In this document: positions 29,603-38,368 of the stretch, piece after piece
How positions within the stretch are numbered: the stretch's first letter is position 1
Layout: each line of letters starts with the position of its first letter
Source of the DNA: Candidatus Poribacteria bacterium
Lineage (GTDB): Bacteria; Poribacteria; WGA-4E; PCPOR2b
Direction: 5' to 3'
DNA: 64,000 nucleotides
Assembly (NCBI GenBank): GCA_965198175.1
Contig: OZ240245.1
Span: 3,648,001 to 3,712,000, forward strand
Made by a program: the position numbers and the translations under genes
The notes under the pieces: model-generated
The model's database searches: none
What the model was told of the DNA's origin: nothing
The model's input: only the letters and a program-made list of their open reading frames with translations

Positions 29603-29707
29603 GCCGCACTACCTTTGCCGCGATTACAAGCGGACTGAAAGATTAGAACCCCTGCGCTAAACGCAAGCGATGGAATCGTTGCACTCTTTGACGCGATTAC
29701 AAGCGGA
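29603..29707 (+). CRISPR. Single-spacer mini-array 2
   Basis: 5'-degenerate repeat (GCCGCACTACCTTTGCCGCGATTACAAGCGGACTGAAAG, 29603-41), a 36-nt spacer (29642-77) and the first 30 nt of the repeat (29678-707). Confidence 0.8.
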
Positions 29708-30089
29708 ATCACAATCCAATAGAACGAATGTACTCGTAGGCCCAGTAGGTGCGTAGCGTTTACGTCCAAGCTTGAGCCCAGATAATCTGTCATGTGTTTG
29801 TTGGCGAAATAGATAAAGACAACCCGAAAATGCCAATCAAAGCATTGACATTAACTACGACTCCCAACGGCGGAAGCCATCACCATATACAACAATGAAG
29901 AAGAGTCCGTTGTTCGGATAGACATTGACGATCGCGAGAACCCCTCTATTAACTGTTAACAAATCACAAGGATGCGTTTGCACCTGTCATTGAAAACGTG
30001 ACGAAAACCCAGAAACCCAGTAAGTGAATGAATTCTCGCGTGTGGTCCGCCATTCGCTTTAACGAAAAATAACAAAATGATAAAATATC

Positions 30090-30119
30090 TTGACAACAGA
30101 TGATACCATCCCGTACAAT
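30090..30119 (+). promoter_or_regulatory. Sigma70-type promoter
   Basis: TTGACA-18 nt-TACAAT. Confidence 0.6.
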
Positions 30120-30125
30120 AGAAGC

Positions 30126-30352
30126 ATTAATCTTATGACGCTCTTTAAAAGCTGATCGGCAAGCCCAATAAGAGGCAGCCGGCATCGTCTTTGAACCCTA
30201 GACCGCAACAGATAGGCAGCACGAGTCACTGACTACTCGCCACTGCTTTTCCTGTGAACAACCCCTTATTTGAATAACCACCGCGCAAGCGGGCAAGACA
30301 AACCCGAATGAGGCAGTCTTGAATCTAAAACTGTCGCTTTTGGGTTTTTTTT
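30126..30352 (+). ncRNA. Putative structured leader/sRNA with a boxA-like motif, ending in an intrinsic terminator
   Basis: CGCTCTTTAAAA (30139-50), long hairpin 30208-55, CCGC-GCAA-GCGG tetraloop hairpin, terminator-like AAACCCGAA...TTTGGGTTTTTTTT. No ORF. Confidence 0.45.
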
Positions 30353-30649
30353 GCTCGCTGCACCAACGACTGAAGCTTCAATGCCTCAAATTACACATGC
30401 TGAAAATGGATTACTATCCAAATCCAATCGCCTGAAACCGCTCTACAACTGGGTTGAAATTACTCGCATTTTATTCTTAATCCATTTCAAAAAATTTTCA
30501 CATCGCCCGAACCCGCTCCACTACGAGATCTCGGCCCGGAAAGAGGGAATTTCTGACCGCCAAAAATGGATTAGAATAGACTGAAGCCCAATCTTAAAGC
30601 AATGAGGTGAAAAAAATGCGCAAACAAATCCAAAATGAAATCAGTTTTT

Positions 30650-30877
30650 GTAGGTTGGGTTGAGCGGTGATGATGAAACATGTGGACTATGACGAATCGG
30701 TTTGTTGGTCAATTGAATTCGAGAATTGTTGGATGAAGCGAAACGCAACGCTTTTTTATGCTTGAGATTGTGTTGAACGGGGTACGTGAGCAGAAAAACT
30801 ACGGCCTAACTTCGCTATGGTGAACTGCAGAAACTAACGCAGTCGCTATTCGCTCAGTTGATCTCAACCCAACCTAC
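30650..30877. repeat. GTAG-type REP/MITE-like element, copy 2
   Basis: Perfect 15-bp terminal IR GTAGGTTGGGTTGAG / CTCAACCCAACCTAC. Confidence 0.8.
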
Positions 30878-30919
30878 AAGAACTACAAAAGCTAACGCTA
30901 AAGTAAGGGGGATTTTAAG

Positions 30920-31645
30920 ATGATTCGTGTATTTGCATCATTGGTGCTTGTCTTGGTATGCACAACCTGCGTTTTCTCTCACCCTGTTACCCTGAGATTC
31001 AATGTTACAAGTTTAACGGAAGAATCACATATAGTGGTTCATGGCGTAGTTGAAAGCTTACAATATGTGTGGCGTGACAATCTTGCCCCTCGCCGGACGA
31101 CGGACGTTACAATTAGAATCCAAGACATACCCAAAGGCGAACCCAACCTTGGAGACGACCGAGTTATTTTCATGATTCCTGGCGGACGGGGATTAGAGGT
31201 GCCTCATACACCCAAATTTGACGTAGGAGAAAAGGTGTTGCTATTCCTGTTTTACACTCCAAGAGGGCCAGAAGCATGGCGGAAAATTCATGGTGGGCTT
31301 GTCGTAATCAATAAAAGGGAAGTGGCAAATGATACGGAGGTATCTATTCCGTACACAACATATAAGGATAGGGTAGACGGTGGGAGCCCTGAAGTTATAG
31401 ATTTCGATAAACCCATACATCTTCCTATCGATTTGGTGGTTAAGCTAGCAGAAGCTGCGTCTAAAGAGCCCCTACTGGTTTTAAGAGCCGAGGAACCAAT
31501 AATCGAATTTGCTAAACACGCAGAGTGGATTGAGTCGAGTAGGTTTACTAAGCCGGGCAAGGACTTATTGGACAGCGTGAAAGCAGATATTGATGAAATT
31601 CTAAAATTGAGCGCAAGGAAGGAGGAAAACGATAATAAAAAGTAG
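30920..31645 (+). CDS. Hypothetical secreted protein (241 aa)
   Basis: Signal peptide; pattern S.IVV.GVV...P.FDVGEKVLLFL. Confidence 0.7.
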   Translation: MIRVFASLVLVLVCTTCVFSHPVTLRFNVTSLTEESHIVVHGVVESLQYVWRDNLAPRRTTDVTIRIQDIPKGEPNLGDDRVIFMIPGGRGLEVPHTPKFDVGEKVLLFLFYTPRGPEAWRKIHGGLVVINKREVANDTEVSIPYTTYKDRVDGGSPEVIDFDKPIHLPIDLVVKLAEAASKEPLLVLRAEEPIIEFAKHAEWIESSRFTKPGKDLLDSVKADIDEILKLSARKEENDNKK

Positions 31646-31982
31646 AATAGCAATGATACTGGTGCTAATGGCTAATTTCTAGGCAACGATGGAATGAACC
31701 GGGTCCAGTGGTCGTAAGTTAGGTAGAGCAGTTTCGAAAAGGGTTGCTGCATAAGAAGGATTTGGTTTCGGGGGCTGAATTGGTCGTGATTCAATCGAAA
31801 CCGAACTCTCTTTATGTGCTTGACAATGTGATTAGCGGGGGCCGTGAGCGGAAATAATGTGGAGAAAGCTATCGTACTCGCTATTCGCTCGCTTGATTCT
31901 ATTCGGTCAATTGAGTTGTTCGCTCAGTTGATTGTATGGAATGCGTAACGGTAAATTTCCGGCGGGACGAATTTGGAACTTC

Positions 31983-32120
31983 GGAGAAAACTATCGCCTT
32001 CGCTGTCCGCTCAGTTGATCGTTGGGTTTCGCTCCATCGAACAAATCTCGAACGCAATTAACCGACAAACCGATTCGTCATAATCCACATGTTCCACCAC
32101 ACCCGCTCAACCCAACCTAC
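31983..32120. repeat. GTAG-type REP/MITE-like element, copy 3 (inverted relative to the left part of copy 2)
   Basis: The reverse complement of 32020-32120 aligns along its length with 30650-30750. Confidence 0.8.
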
Positions 32121-32203
32121 AAGAACTTATCCGCATTGGACTGGGGCAGTAAGTGTAGAATCAATTAAAGGGATTCGAAAACGAACCTTCCAGCGTTTTG
32201 CAG

Positions 32204-32232
32204 TTGACACTCTAACCACATACTAATATAAT
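32204..32232 (+). promoter_or_regulatory. Consensus sigma70 promoter of the TRAP operon
   Basis: TTGACA-17 nt-TATAAT. Confidence 0.8.
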
Positions 32233-32316
32233 GTGTTGTACGAGTTGTACTGATTTTACGATTCAAATCGAGATTGTCTGAACCACTACGATTTTATATC
32301 GTCTACGGAATTCAAG

Positions 32317-33270
32317 ATGACAAACTTTAGAGCAATTTATCTGAATACTTTTATTGTTTTCACGTTCTCGATTGTGATGGCTGGTTGCAATACGACCAAA
32401 CTCACCGTCAACCAAACAGTAAAGGTTTTTGCGAAAGCGTCCAAAACCTACGACAAGGAGGCGGACCTCATGCTAGCGGATGCTGGCATCATGTCAAACC
32501 TCAAGACATTTGAGGGATTGCAGGAGATTGTGCCGGAGAATGAGCGACTCCTGACGCTTACGGCGCGATCGTTTGCCTCATATGCGTTTGGCTTTGTTGA
32601 GGACAAAATGGAGGCAGCAGCGGCAGTTGGCGATTTCGAGACCGAATCTGAGATGCTCGCCCGGGCGATCGATTTTTATGAGCGTAGCAAACGGTCTGGT
32701 TTGAAGGCTTTGTCAAAGGCGAATTCGGCGTTCCCGGAAGCACTTGATGGCGAGCCGGAGAAGTTGGCACGCGCGTTAAAGCGATTCAAGAAAACACACG
32801 TGCCTGCGCTTTTCTGGACCGCATATGCGTGGGGTAGGGCGATTAATTTACAGCAGGACGATCCGATGCTGCTTGTCGATCTCGCCAAAGTAGAGATGAT
32901 GATGCGCCGTGTTATCGAACTTGATGAATCCTTTTACTTCGGCGGGGCGCATCTGTTTTATAGCGCCTACTACGGCAGCCGTTCACCACAACTGGGCGGC
33001 AACCCTGAGAAAGTGAAGCAACATTTACGAAAAGTGGACGAAATCAACAATGGCAAATTTCAGTTTAGTAAGTTGTTTCTCGCCCGCTATTACGCTTATC
33101 CTATTCAAAACCGGACGCTCTATGAAAAGACGCTACAAGAGATTCTTGATGCACCGATCGACGTGTTCCCGGAACATCGGATATCAACCGCGATTGCTAA
33201 AGCGCGTGCTGAGCGTTGGCACGCCCAAACAGACAATCTTTTCGGTGAAGCAGATGCCCACGATGAGTAG
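32317..33270 (+). CDS. TRAP transporter TatT component (TPR-like lipoprotein)
   Basis: Lipobox MAGC, all-helical, YYGSRSPQLGGNPE; first gene of a dctPQM-like operon. Confidence 0.75.
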   Translation: MTNFRAIYLNTFIVFTFSIVMAGCNTTKLTVNQTVKVFAKASKTYDKEADLMLADAGIMSNLKTFEGLQEIVPENERLLTLTARSFASYAFGFVEDKMEAAAAVGDFETESEMLARAIDFYERSKRSGLKALSKANSAFPEALDGEPEKLARALKRFKKTHVPALFWTAYAWGRAINLQQDDPMLLVDLAKVEMMMRRVIELDESFYFGGAHLFYSAYYGSRSPQLGGNPEKVKQHLRKVDEINNGKFQFSKLFLARYYAYPIQNRTLYEKTLQEILDAPIDVFPEHRISTAIAKARAERWHAQTDNLFGEADAHDE

Positions 33271-33402
33271 CATCCAATGAAATGCAGTGGAGAGTTAAGA
33301 GCAAGTCTTTGCTCGCCACTAATCACTCTGCACCATAAAACACTCCACGCATGATTCGCAGCATCTGATAAAGATTTGAGGTTTTTCAGACTGGAGAGAC
33401 AC

Positions 33403-34428
33403 ATGACTCGCTTAACACAAATTTATCTTGTAATCTTCTCGCTCGCGATCCTTGTCATAATACCCACTGCTAGCGGCAACGAAAAAATTAAATTGGCAAC
33501 ACTCGCACCGAAAAACTCGTCGTGGATGAAGATTTTTTATGCGATGGGGAAAGAGATTCAGGAAAAAAGCGGCAGTAAGGTAAAGATTCAATTTTTTCCG
33601 GATGGGGTGCAGGGAGATGAAATCGATGTCATTCGTAAAATGCGCGCGGGCTTGCTTCATGCGGGTGCGATGACAGATGTCGGTTTGGGGGAGATTCATC
33701 AATCGGTGCTTATTTTTCAAACATTTCGCCTGTTTAATAACTATGCCGAACTCGACTACGTGCGCGATCAACTGCGGGATGGACTTGAAAAAGCGTTTGA
33801 TGAGGCGGGCTATGTCCTACTAGGTTGGGGGGATATTGGTTACTACTATATTTTCAGCAATCATCCGATAAAGACCATCGAAGATCTCCGTGATCCAAGC
33901 GTCAAGGTGTGGGTACGGACGGGCGATCCTGTCTCAGAACACTTCTACAAAACCGTTGATTTCATAGGTGTTCCAGTGTCTGTGCCGCAGGTGCTGTTAT
34001 CGTTGCAAACCGGGCAGATTAACGCTCTGATTGTTTCGCCATTAGCGTGCGTCGCGCTGCAGTGGTATCCTAAGCTGAAGTATATGTCCGACATGCCAAT
34101 CAGGATTGGAATTGGCGCAACGTTAATCACTAAAGGAAGATACAATCAATTACCCGCCGAGGAGCAGAAGATTCTACGCGATACGGCACGACAATATCAC
34201 CAGAAGCTCATCCAGCGCGTCCGGAATGACAATGATAAGTCAGTCGAGGCGTTGACAAAAAAAGCGGGGATGCAGATAGTGACCATCAGCGATTCGGAGC
34301 GGGAGCGCTGGAACACGCGATGCGCCCAAATGCGTGATGAACTCGCGGGAGAAATTTACCCACCTGCTCTACTTCAACAAGTGAACGCACTACTAGATGC
34401 TTATCGTTCAACACATCCACAAGATTGA
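33403..34428 (+). CDS. dctP: TRAP transporter substrate-binding protein
   Basis: Motifs IKLATLAPKNSSW, GVQGDE.DV.RKMR.G, LQTGQI. Confidence 0.88.
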   Translation: MTRLTQIYLVIFSLAILVIIPTASGNEKIKLATLAPKNSSWMKIFYAMGKEIQEKSGSKVKIQFFPDGVQGDEIDVIRKMRAGLLHAGAMTDVGLGEIHQSVLIFQTFRLFNNYAELDYVRDQLRDGLEKAFDEAGYVLLGWGDIGYYYIFSNHPIKTIEDLRDPSVKVWVRTGDPVSEHFYKTVDFIGVPVSVPQVLLSLQTGQINALIVSPLACVALQWYPKLKYMSDMPIRIGIGATLITKGRYNQLPAEEQKILRDTARQYHQKLIQRVRNDNDKSVEALTKKAGMQIVTISDSERERWNTRCAQMRDELAGEIYPPALLQQVNALLDAYRSTHPQD

Positions 34429-34963
34429 CATCTGCCAATCAGGTGAGACTTTCAGATTGAACGCCGTCAAACGAATCAATATCCTTCTTGGTAACATCGA
34501 AACCGCGTTGCTATGTCTGATTATCCTGTCAATCGTTGGATTGGGGATACTGAAGATTCTTCTGCGCTATATTTTTCAAATAAGTCTCCTGTGGAACCAA
34601 GTTTTACTGCAGCACTTCATATTGTGGCTAACATTCTTGGGCGCATCGCTAGCCACCTGCGAAAACCGCCATATCAGTATTGATGTCCTCACCCGCTACC
34701 TACCGAGGCACCTCGTTCAATGTACCAACATCCTCATTCATATTATCAGCTTTGTTATCGTCTCCATCCTCGCTTATACCGGCTTTGAGTTCATACGCGA
34801 CGAGCAGATGAGCGGTGCAACACTCGTCGGCACTATCCCAATTTGGTGGGCGAAGCTGATCATCCCGATTGGGTTTGGATTGATTGCACTTCACTTTGCT
34901 CTCCAAACCGTCATGGAGATATTTAGCAAAACCAAAGGGGAAGCTGCATCATGGGAGCGTTGA
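34397..34963 (+). CDS. dctQ: TRAP transporter small permease (start approximate)
   Basis: Four TMs; FLGASLA...RHISIDVL. Confidence 0.85.
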   Translation: MLIVQHIHKIDICQSGETFRLNAVKRINILLGNIETALLCLIILSIVGLGILKILLRYIFQISLLWNQVLLQHFILWLTFLGASLATCENRHISIDVLTRYLPRHLVQCTNILIHIISFVIVSILAYTGFEFIRDEQMSGATLVGTIPIWWAKLIIPIGFGLIALHFALQTVMEIFSKTKGEAASWER

Positions 34964-36243
34964 TTGGGCTCGGTTTGGGCTTGTTTGCGCTCTTAGGCGG
35001 CGCATTGTTTGTCCTGCTCGGCGGGTTGGCGATTTTCGGTTATGCAGCGGCGGGCGATCCGATCAGCAGTATCATTATTGATCTTAATCGCTTGGCGCGC
35101 AATCCGACAATCATGACAATCCCGCTGTTCACCTTCGCCGGCTATGTGATGGCGGAGAGCAACGCCCCCAAGCGTCTCATCGCCCTGGCACAAACGAGTG
35201 TTGGTTGGTTGCCGGGCGGTATTGCTGCGGTTGTGCTGGTGACATGCGCGTTTTTCACGACGTTCACCGGGGCTTCCGGGGTGACAATCATCGCGCTGGG
35301 CGGGTTACTCTATCCAATCCTTCGTCAGCATTATACGGAACGCTTTTCACTCGGGTTAATCACGACATCGGGCAGTCTCGGACTTCTTTTCCCACCTAGT
35401 GTCCCTCTTATCCTCTATGCAATCATCGCCCAGGTACCGATTGATGTGATGTTCTGTGCAGGGATTCTCCCCGGCTTTCTCCTGCTAGTGATTCTCGTCG
35501 GGTACTGCTCTGGCTGGAGTATGTTCAAAAGGGTCGAACATACCCCCTTTGATTTGCGCGCTTTTGGAGTGGCTCTATGGAATGCTTTGGGAGAAGTACT
35601 GCTACCGTTCATTGTGCTTGGTTGTATTATATCGGGGATTGTCACAATTGATGAAGCGGCTGCACTGACAGCGATTTATCTGTTGATTGTTGAAATGGTT
35701 ATCCATCGCGATATTAGTGTCAGGCAGTTGCCGAAAATTGTGCGAGAGAGCATGCTGCTCGTCGGCGCCATCTTGATTATTCTCTGTATCGCACTGGGAC
35801 TGACCAACTATCTCGTCACAATCGAATTGCCGAGCATTGCGCTTGACTGGATTCAAGGGCAGACACAAAACAAGATTGTTACCTTAATTGGACTCAATCT
35901 TTTTCTGCTAGCCGTCGGTTGCTTGATGGATATCTTTTCCGCCATTGTTATCATTGTTCCCCTGCTGATTCCAATCGCGGAAGGATTCGGGATAGACAAA
36001 GCTCACCTTGGTATCATCGTGCTGACGAACTTGGAGATTGGCTACTTAACACCGCCCGTTGGCATGAACCTCTTCATCTCAAGCCTCAAGTTTGATAAAT
36101 CCATTGTTTCACTGTATCGATCTGTGTTGCTATTCATCGGATTGCTCCTATTCGCACTGATAATCGTCACCTACGTTCCCGCGTTGAGCTTGTGGCTGCC
36201 GCGCGTGCTGGGGAAAATGTCCACGCCACTGTTGCTTGAATAG
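34951..36243 (+). CDS. dctM: TRAP transporter large permease
   Basis: Motifs IPLFTFAG, GSLGLLFPPS, EIGYLTPPVGMNLF. Confidence 0.92.
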   Translation: MGALIGLGLGLFALLGGALFVLLGGLAIFGYAAAGDPISSIIIDLNRLARNPTIMTIPLFTFAGYVMAESNAPKRLIALAQTSVGWLPGGIAAVVLVTCAFFTTFTGASGVTIIALGGLLYPILRQHYTERFSLGLITTSGSLGLLFPPSVPLILYAIIAQVPIDVMFCAGILPGFLLLVILVGYCSGWSMFKRVEHTPFDLRAFGVALWNALGEVLLPFIVLGCIISGIVTIDEAAALTAIYLLIVEMVIHRDISVRQLPKIVRESMLLVGAILIILCIALGLTNYLVTIELPSIALDWIQGQTQNKIVTLIGLNLFLLAVGCLMDIFSAIVIIVPLLIPIAEGFGIDKAHLGIIVLTNLEIGYLTPPVGMNLFISSLKFDKSIVSLYRSVLLFIGLLLFALIIVTYVPALSLWLPRVLGKMSTPLLLE

Positions 36244-36316
36244 GAAAGATTGCATTATCGCGTAAGTCTGAGTAAATCAGGTGGGTCGCGCAATACTCAA
36301 CGAGAATTGGTAATTG

Positions 36317-37609
36317 TCAGTTTTTCTGGATGTGCTTGGGAGCTAGGGCTGTTAGCGATAAACCGCGTGCGGCTGAATATACCGTCAGCGCCAACCAGAG
36401 TCCATGGTTTCCAAGCGGCTTTAGGAAGTAATATGCTGGCAAGAAGACGAGGAGTGTCGATACAATCATGGCATTTCGCATCGGTTTTGATGCGGTCGCG
36501 CCAAGAAATATTCCATCCCAGAGGTATGCCACGGCATTAATGATTGGGGCAAGGGCGATCCAAATCAAATAGGGGAGCGCTTGTTTCACCAGATCAGTTT
36601 TGTTCGTAAAGACATAAAGCAGCGGATGTCCGAAGAATCCGTAAATCAGACTAAATACCGCCGCTAGGCAAAGGCCCCAGATGAATACATACCGCACCGC
36701 CACTCTTAAGTTGTGGATGTCGACGGCACCCTTGTACTTACCGATAAGACTTTCCGCCGCAAAAGCGAAACCATCAATGGCATAAGCAAGAAAATTAATG
36801 AACTGTAGGAGGATGGTATTGACTGCTAGAATAATATCGCTCACAGCAGCTGATTTTGCAGTGAAAAACGTATGGGAGAAAACCAGACATAATGTGCGGA
36901 TGAATATATCGCCACTAATTGCGAAGAATCGTTTCAGATCGGGTAGATACAATGCTTCTTTCAGGTTCCACCCCTCCAACAGGTCGCTATATTTTCTACG
37001 GTATAGAATAACGGTACACACAAGTCCAAGGTACTGAGCGATAACGGTTCCCAAGGCGACGCCATTTGATTTTAGCCCCATCGCCTTCACAAAGAATAGG
37101 TTGAGCCCAATATTCAGAACGTTCATCAGGATAGTGATTATCATTGGGTATTTCGCATTCTGGACACCCAAGAACCATCCGTGAAAAACAAAAATACTTA
37201 GAGCAGCCGGGGCAGCATAGATACGGACATAAAAATATTGACGCGCTAACCGTTCAACTTCGGTGCTGGCATCAATGAGATAGAAACTGATTTTTGCGAT
37301 ATAAGACTGAATTAAAATAAGCAGAACGCTCACAACAAGCGCAACGAACAGACCTCTTGTAAGAATCAGGATACTTTCTCTCTGGTGGTTCGCCCCATGG
37401 GCTTGTGCGGTGAGTCCAGTTGTGCTCATTCTGAGGAATCCAAATCCCCAGTACAGCATATTAAAAATGGCTGCCCCAATAGCAACGCCGCCAAGATGTT
37501 GCTCTGATTCTAGCCGCCCCATCAAGGCAATGTCAACGGCTCCCAGGATAGGAACGGTCAAATTGCTGATGATGTTTGGTATAGCCAATCGAATAATCTG
37601 TTTGTTCAT
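36317..37609 (-). CDS. MATE family efflux transporter (DinF-like)
   Basis: Motifs LAIPNIISN.TVP.LG.VD and GFLRMSTTG; about 12 TMs. Confidence 0.9.
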   Translation of the reverse strand: MNKQIIRLAIPNIISNLTVPILGAVDIALMGRLESEQHLGGVAIGAAIFNMLYWGFGFLRMSTTGLTAQAHGANHQRESILILTRGLFVALVVSVLLILIQSYIAKISFYLIDASTEVERLARQYFYVRIYAAPAALSIFVFHGWFLGVQNAKYPMIITILMNVLNIGLNLFFVKAMGLKSNGVALGTVIAQYLGLVCTVILYRRKYSDLLEGWNLKEALYLPDLKRFFAISGDIFIRTLCLVFSHTFFTAKSAAVSDIILAVNTILLQFINFLAYAIDGFAFAAESLIGKYKGAVDIHNLRVAVRYVFIWGLCLAAVFSLIYGFFGHPLLYVFTNKTDLVKQALPYLIWIALAPIINAVAYLWDGIFLGATASKPMRNAMIVSTLLVFLPAYYFLKPLGNHGLWLALTVYSAARGLSLTALAPKHIQKN

Positions 37610-37696
37610 GTCGTGATGCTAATGGTTGCTAAGGGGGTAGCAGTAGCCAAAATTAAAGTTCTTGTGGATAAGCCAGCAGTCGCATCGTCTCAAGAC

Positions 37697-38302
37697 TCAA
37701 CAATTGTTTTTGGCTACAAGTATACCGTATTCTACATTATGTACCTTTGTTCGCCACTCCGATGAAGCCTCCAGATACGGTTTTAGTAATCTGCCCTTGT
37801 CCCCCCATAAGACATCATCAACAATAATTATAGCGTTCTCTCCGAACAGGTTTTCAACAGCCTTGAACTCCTTCCAGATATGATCGCCATCGTTGACAGA
37901 ATCAAATAAGGCGAAATGAACCGTGTCAAAGACATGTTCTTCAACCATTCTAGTCAAGTTTTCAACCGAATCGCCTTCAACATAGTTAATGTACTGGTTA
38001 TAGTTCTTGCACAATTCTTGACAAATCCTAATGTGTTCTTTGCTAATCTCAAATGTGTAGAAATCACCTCGGTTCATCAACACCGAAGAGATGGCTAAGG
38101 TACTCTCAGTGCCTTCATTGGCATCCCGGATACAACCAGTTTCGATAATAACTGGGTGAGGTGTTGTTTCAAGTATTTCTAACAGATATCTTTCGAGAAT
38201 TGACCTGTGTGCCCGCAAATGCTGTCGCAATCCAAGCTTATAGAAAATCAGATTCAGCGCTTTCCAGGTTTTGTTTGCCAATCGACTCTCTCTAATTGAC
38301 AT
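37697..38302 (-). CDS. Class I SAM-dependent methyltransferase-like protein
   Basis: Motifs IIETGC, GDSV.NL, IIIVDDV; AT-rich. Confidence 0.7.
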   Translation of the reverse strand: MSIRESRLANKTWKALNLIFYKLGLRQHLRAHRSILERYLLEILETTPHPVIIETGCIRDANEGTESTLAISSVLMNRGDFYTFEISKEHIRICQELCKNYNQYINYVEGDSVENLTRMVEEHVFDTVHFALFDSVNDGDHIWKEFKAVENLFGENAIIIVDDVLWGDKGRLLKPYLEASSEWRTKVHNVEYGILVAKNNC

Positions 38303-38368
38303 CTTCTGGATCTCCTCTTTGACATGCTGTATGCGCCTTTCCTAGAGATGCTCCCTCGCCTTCCCATT

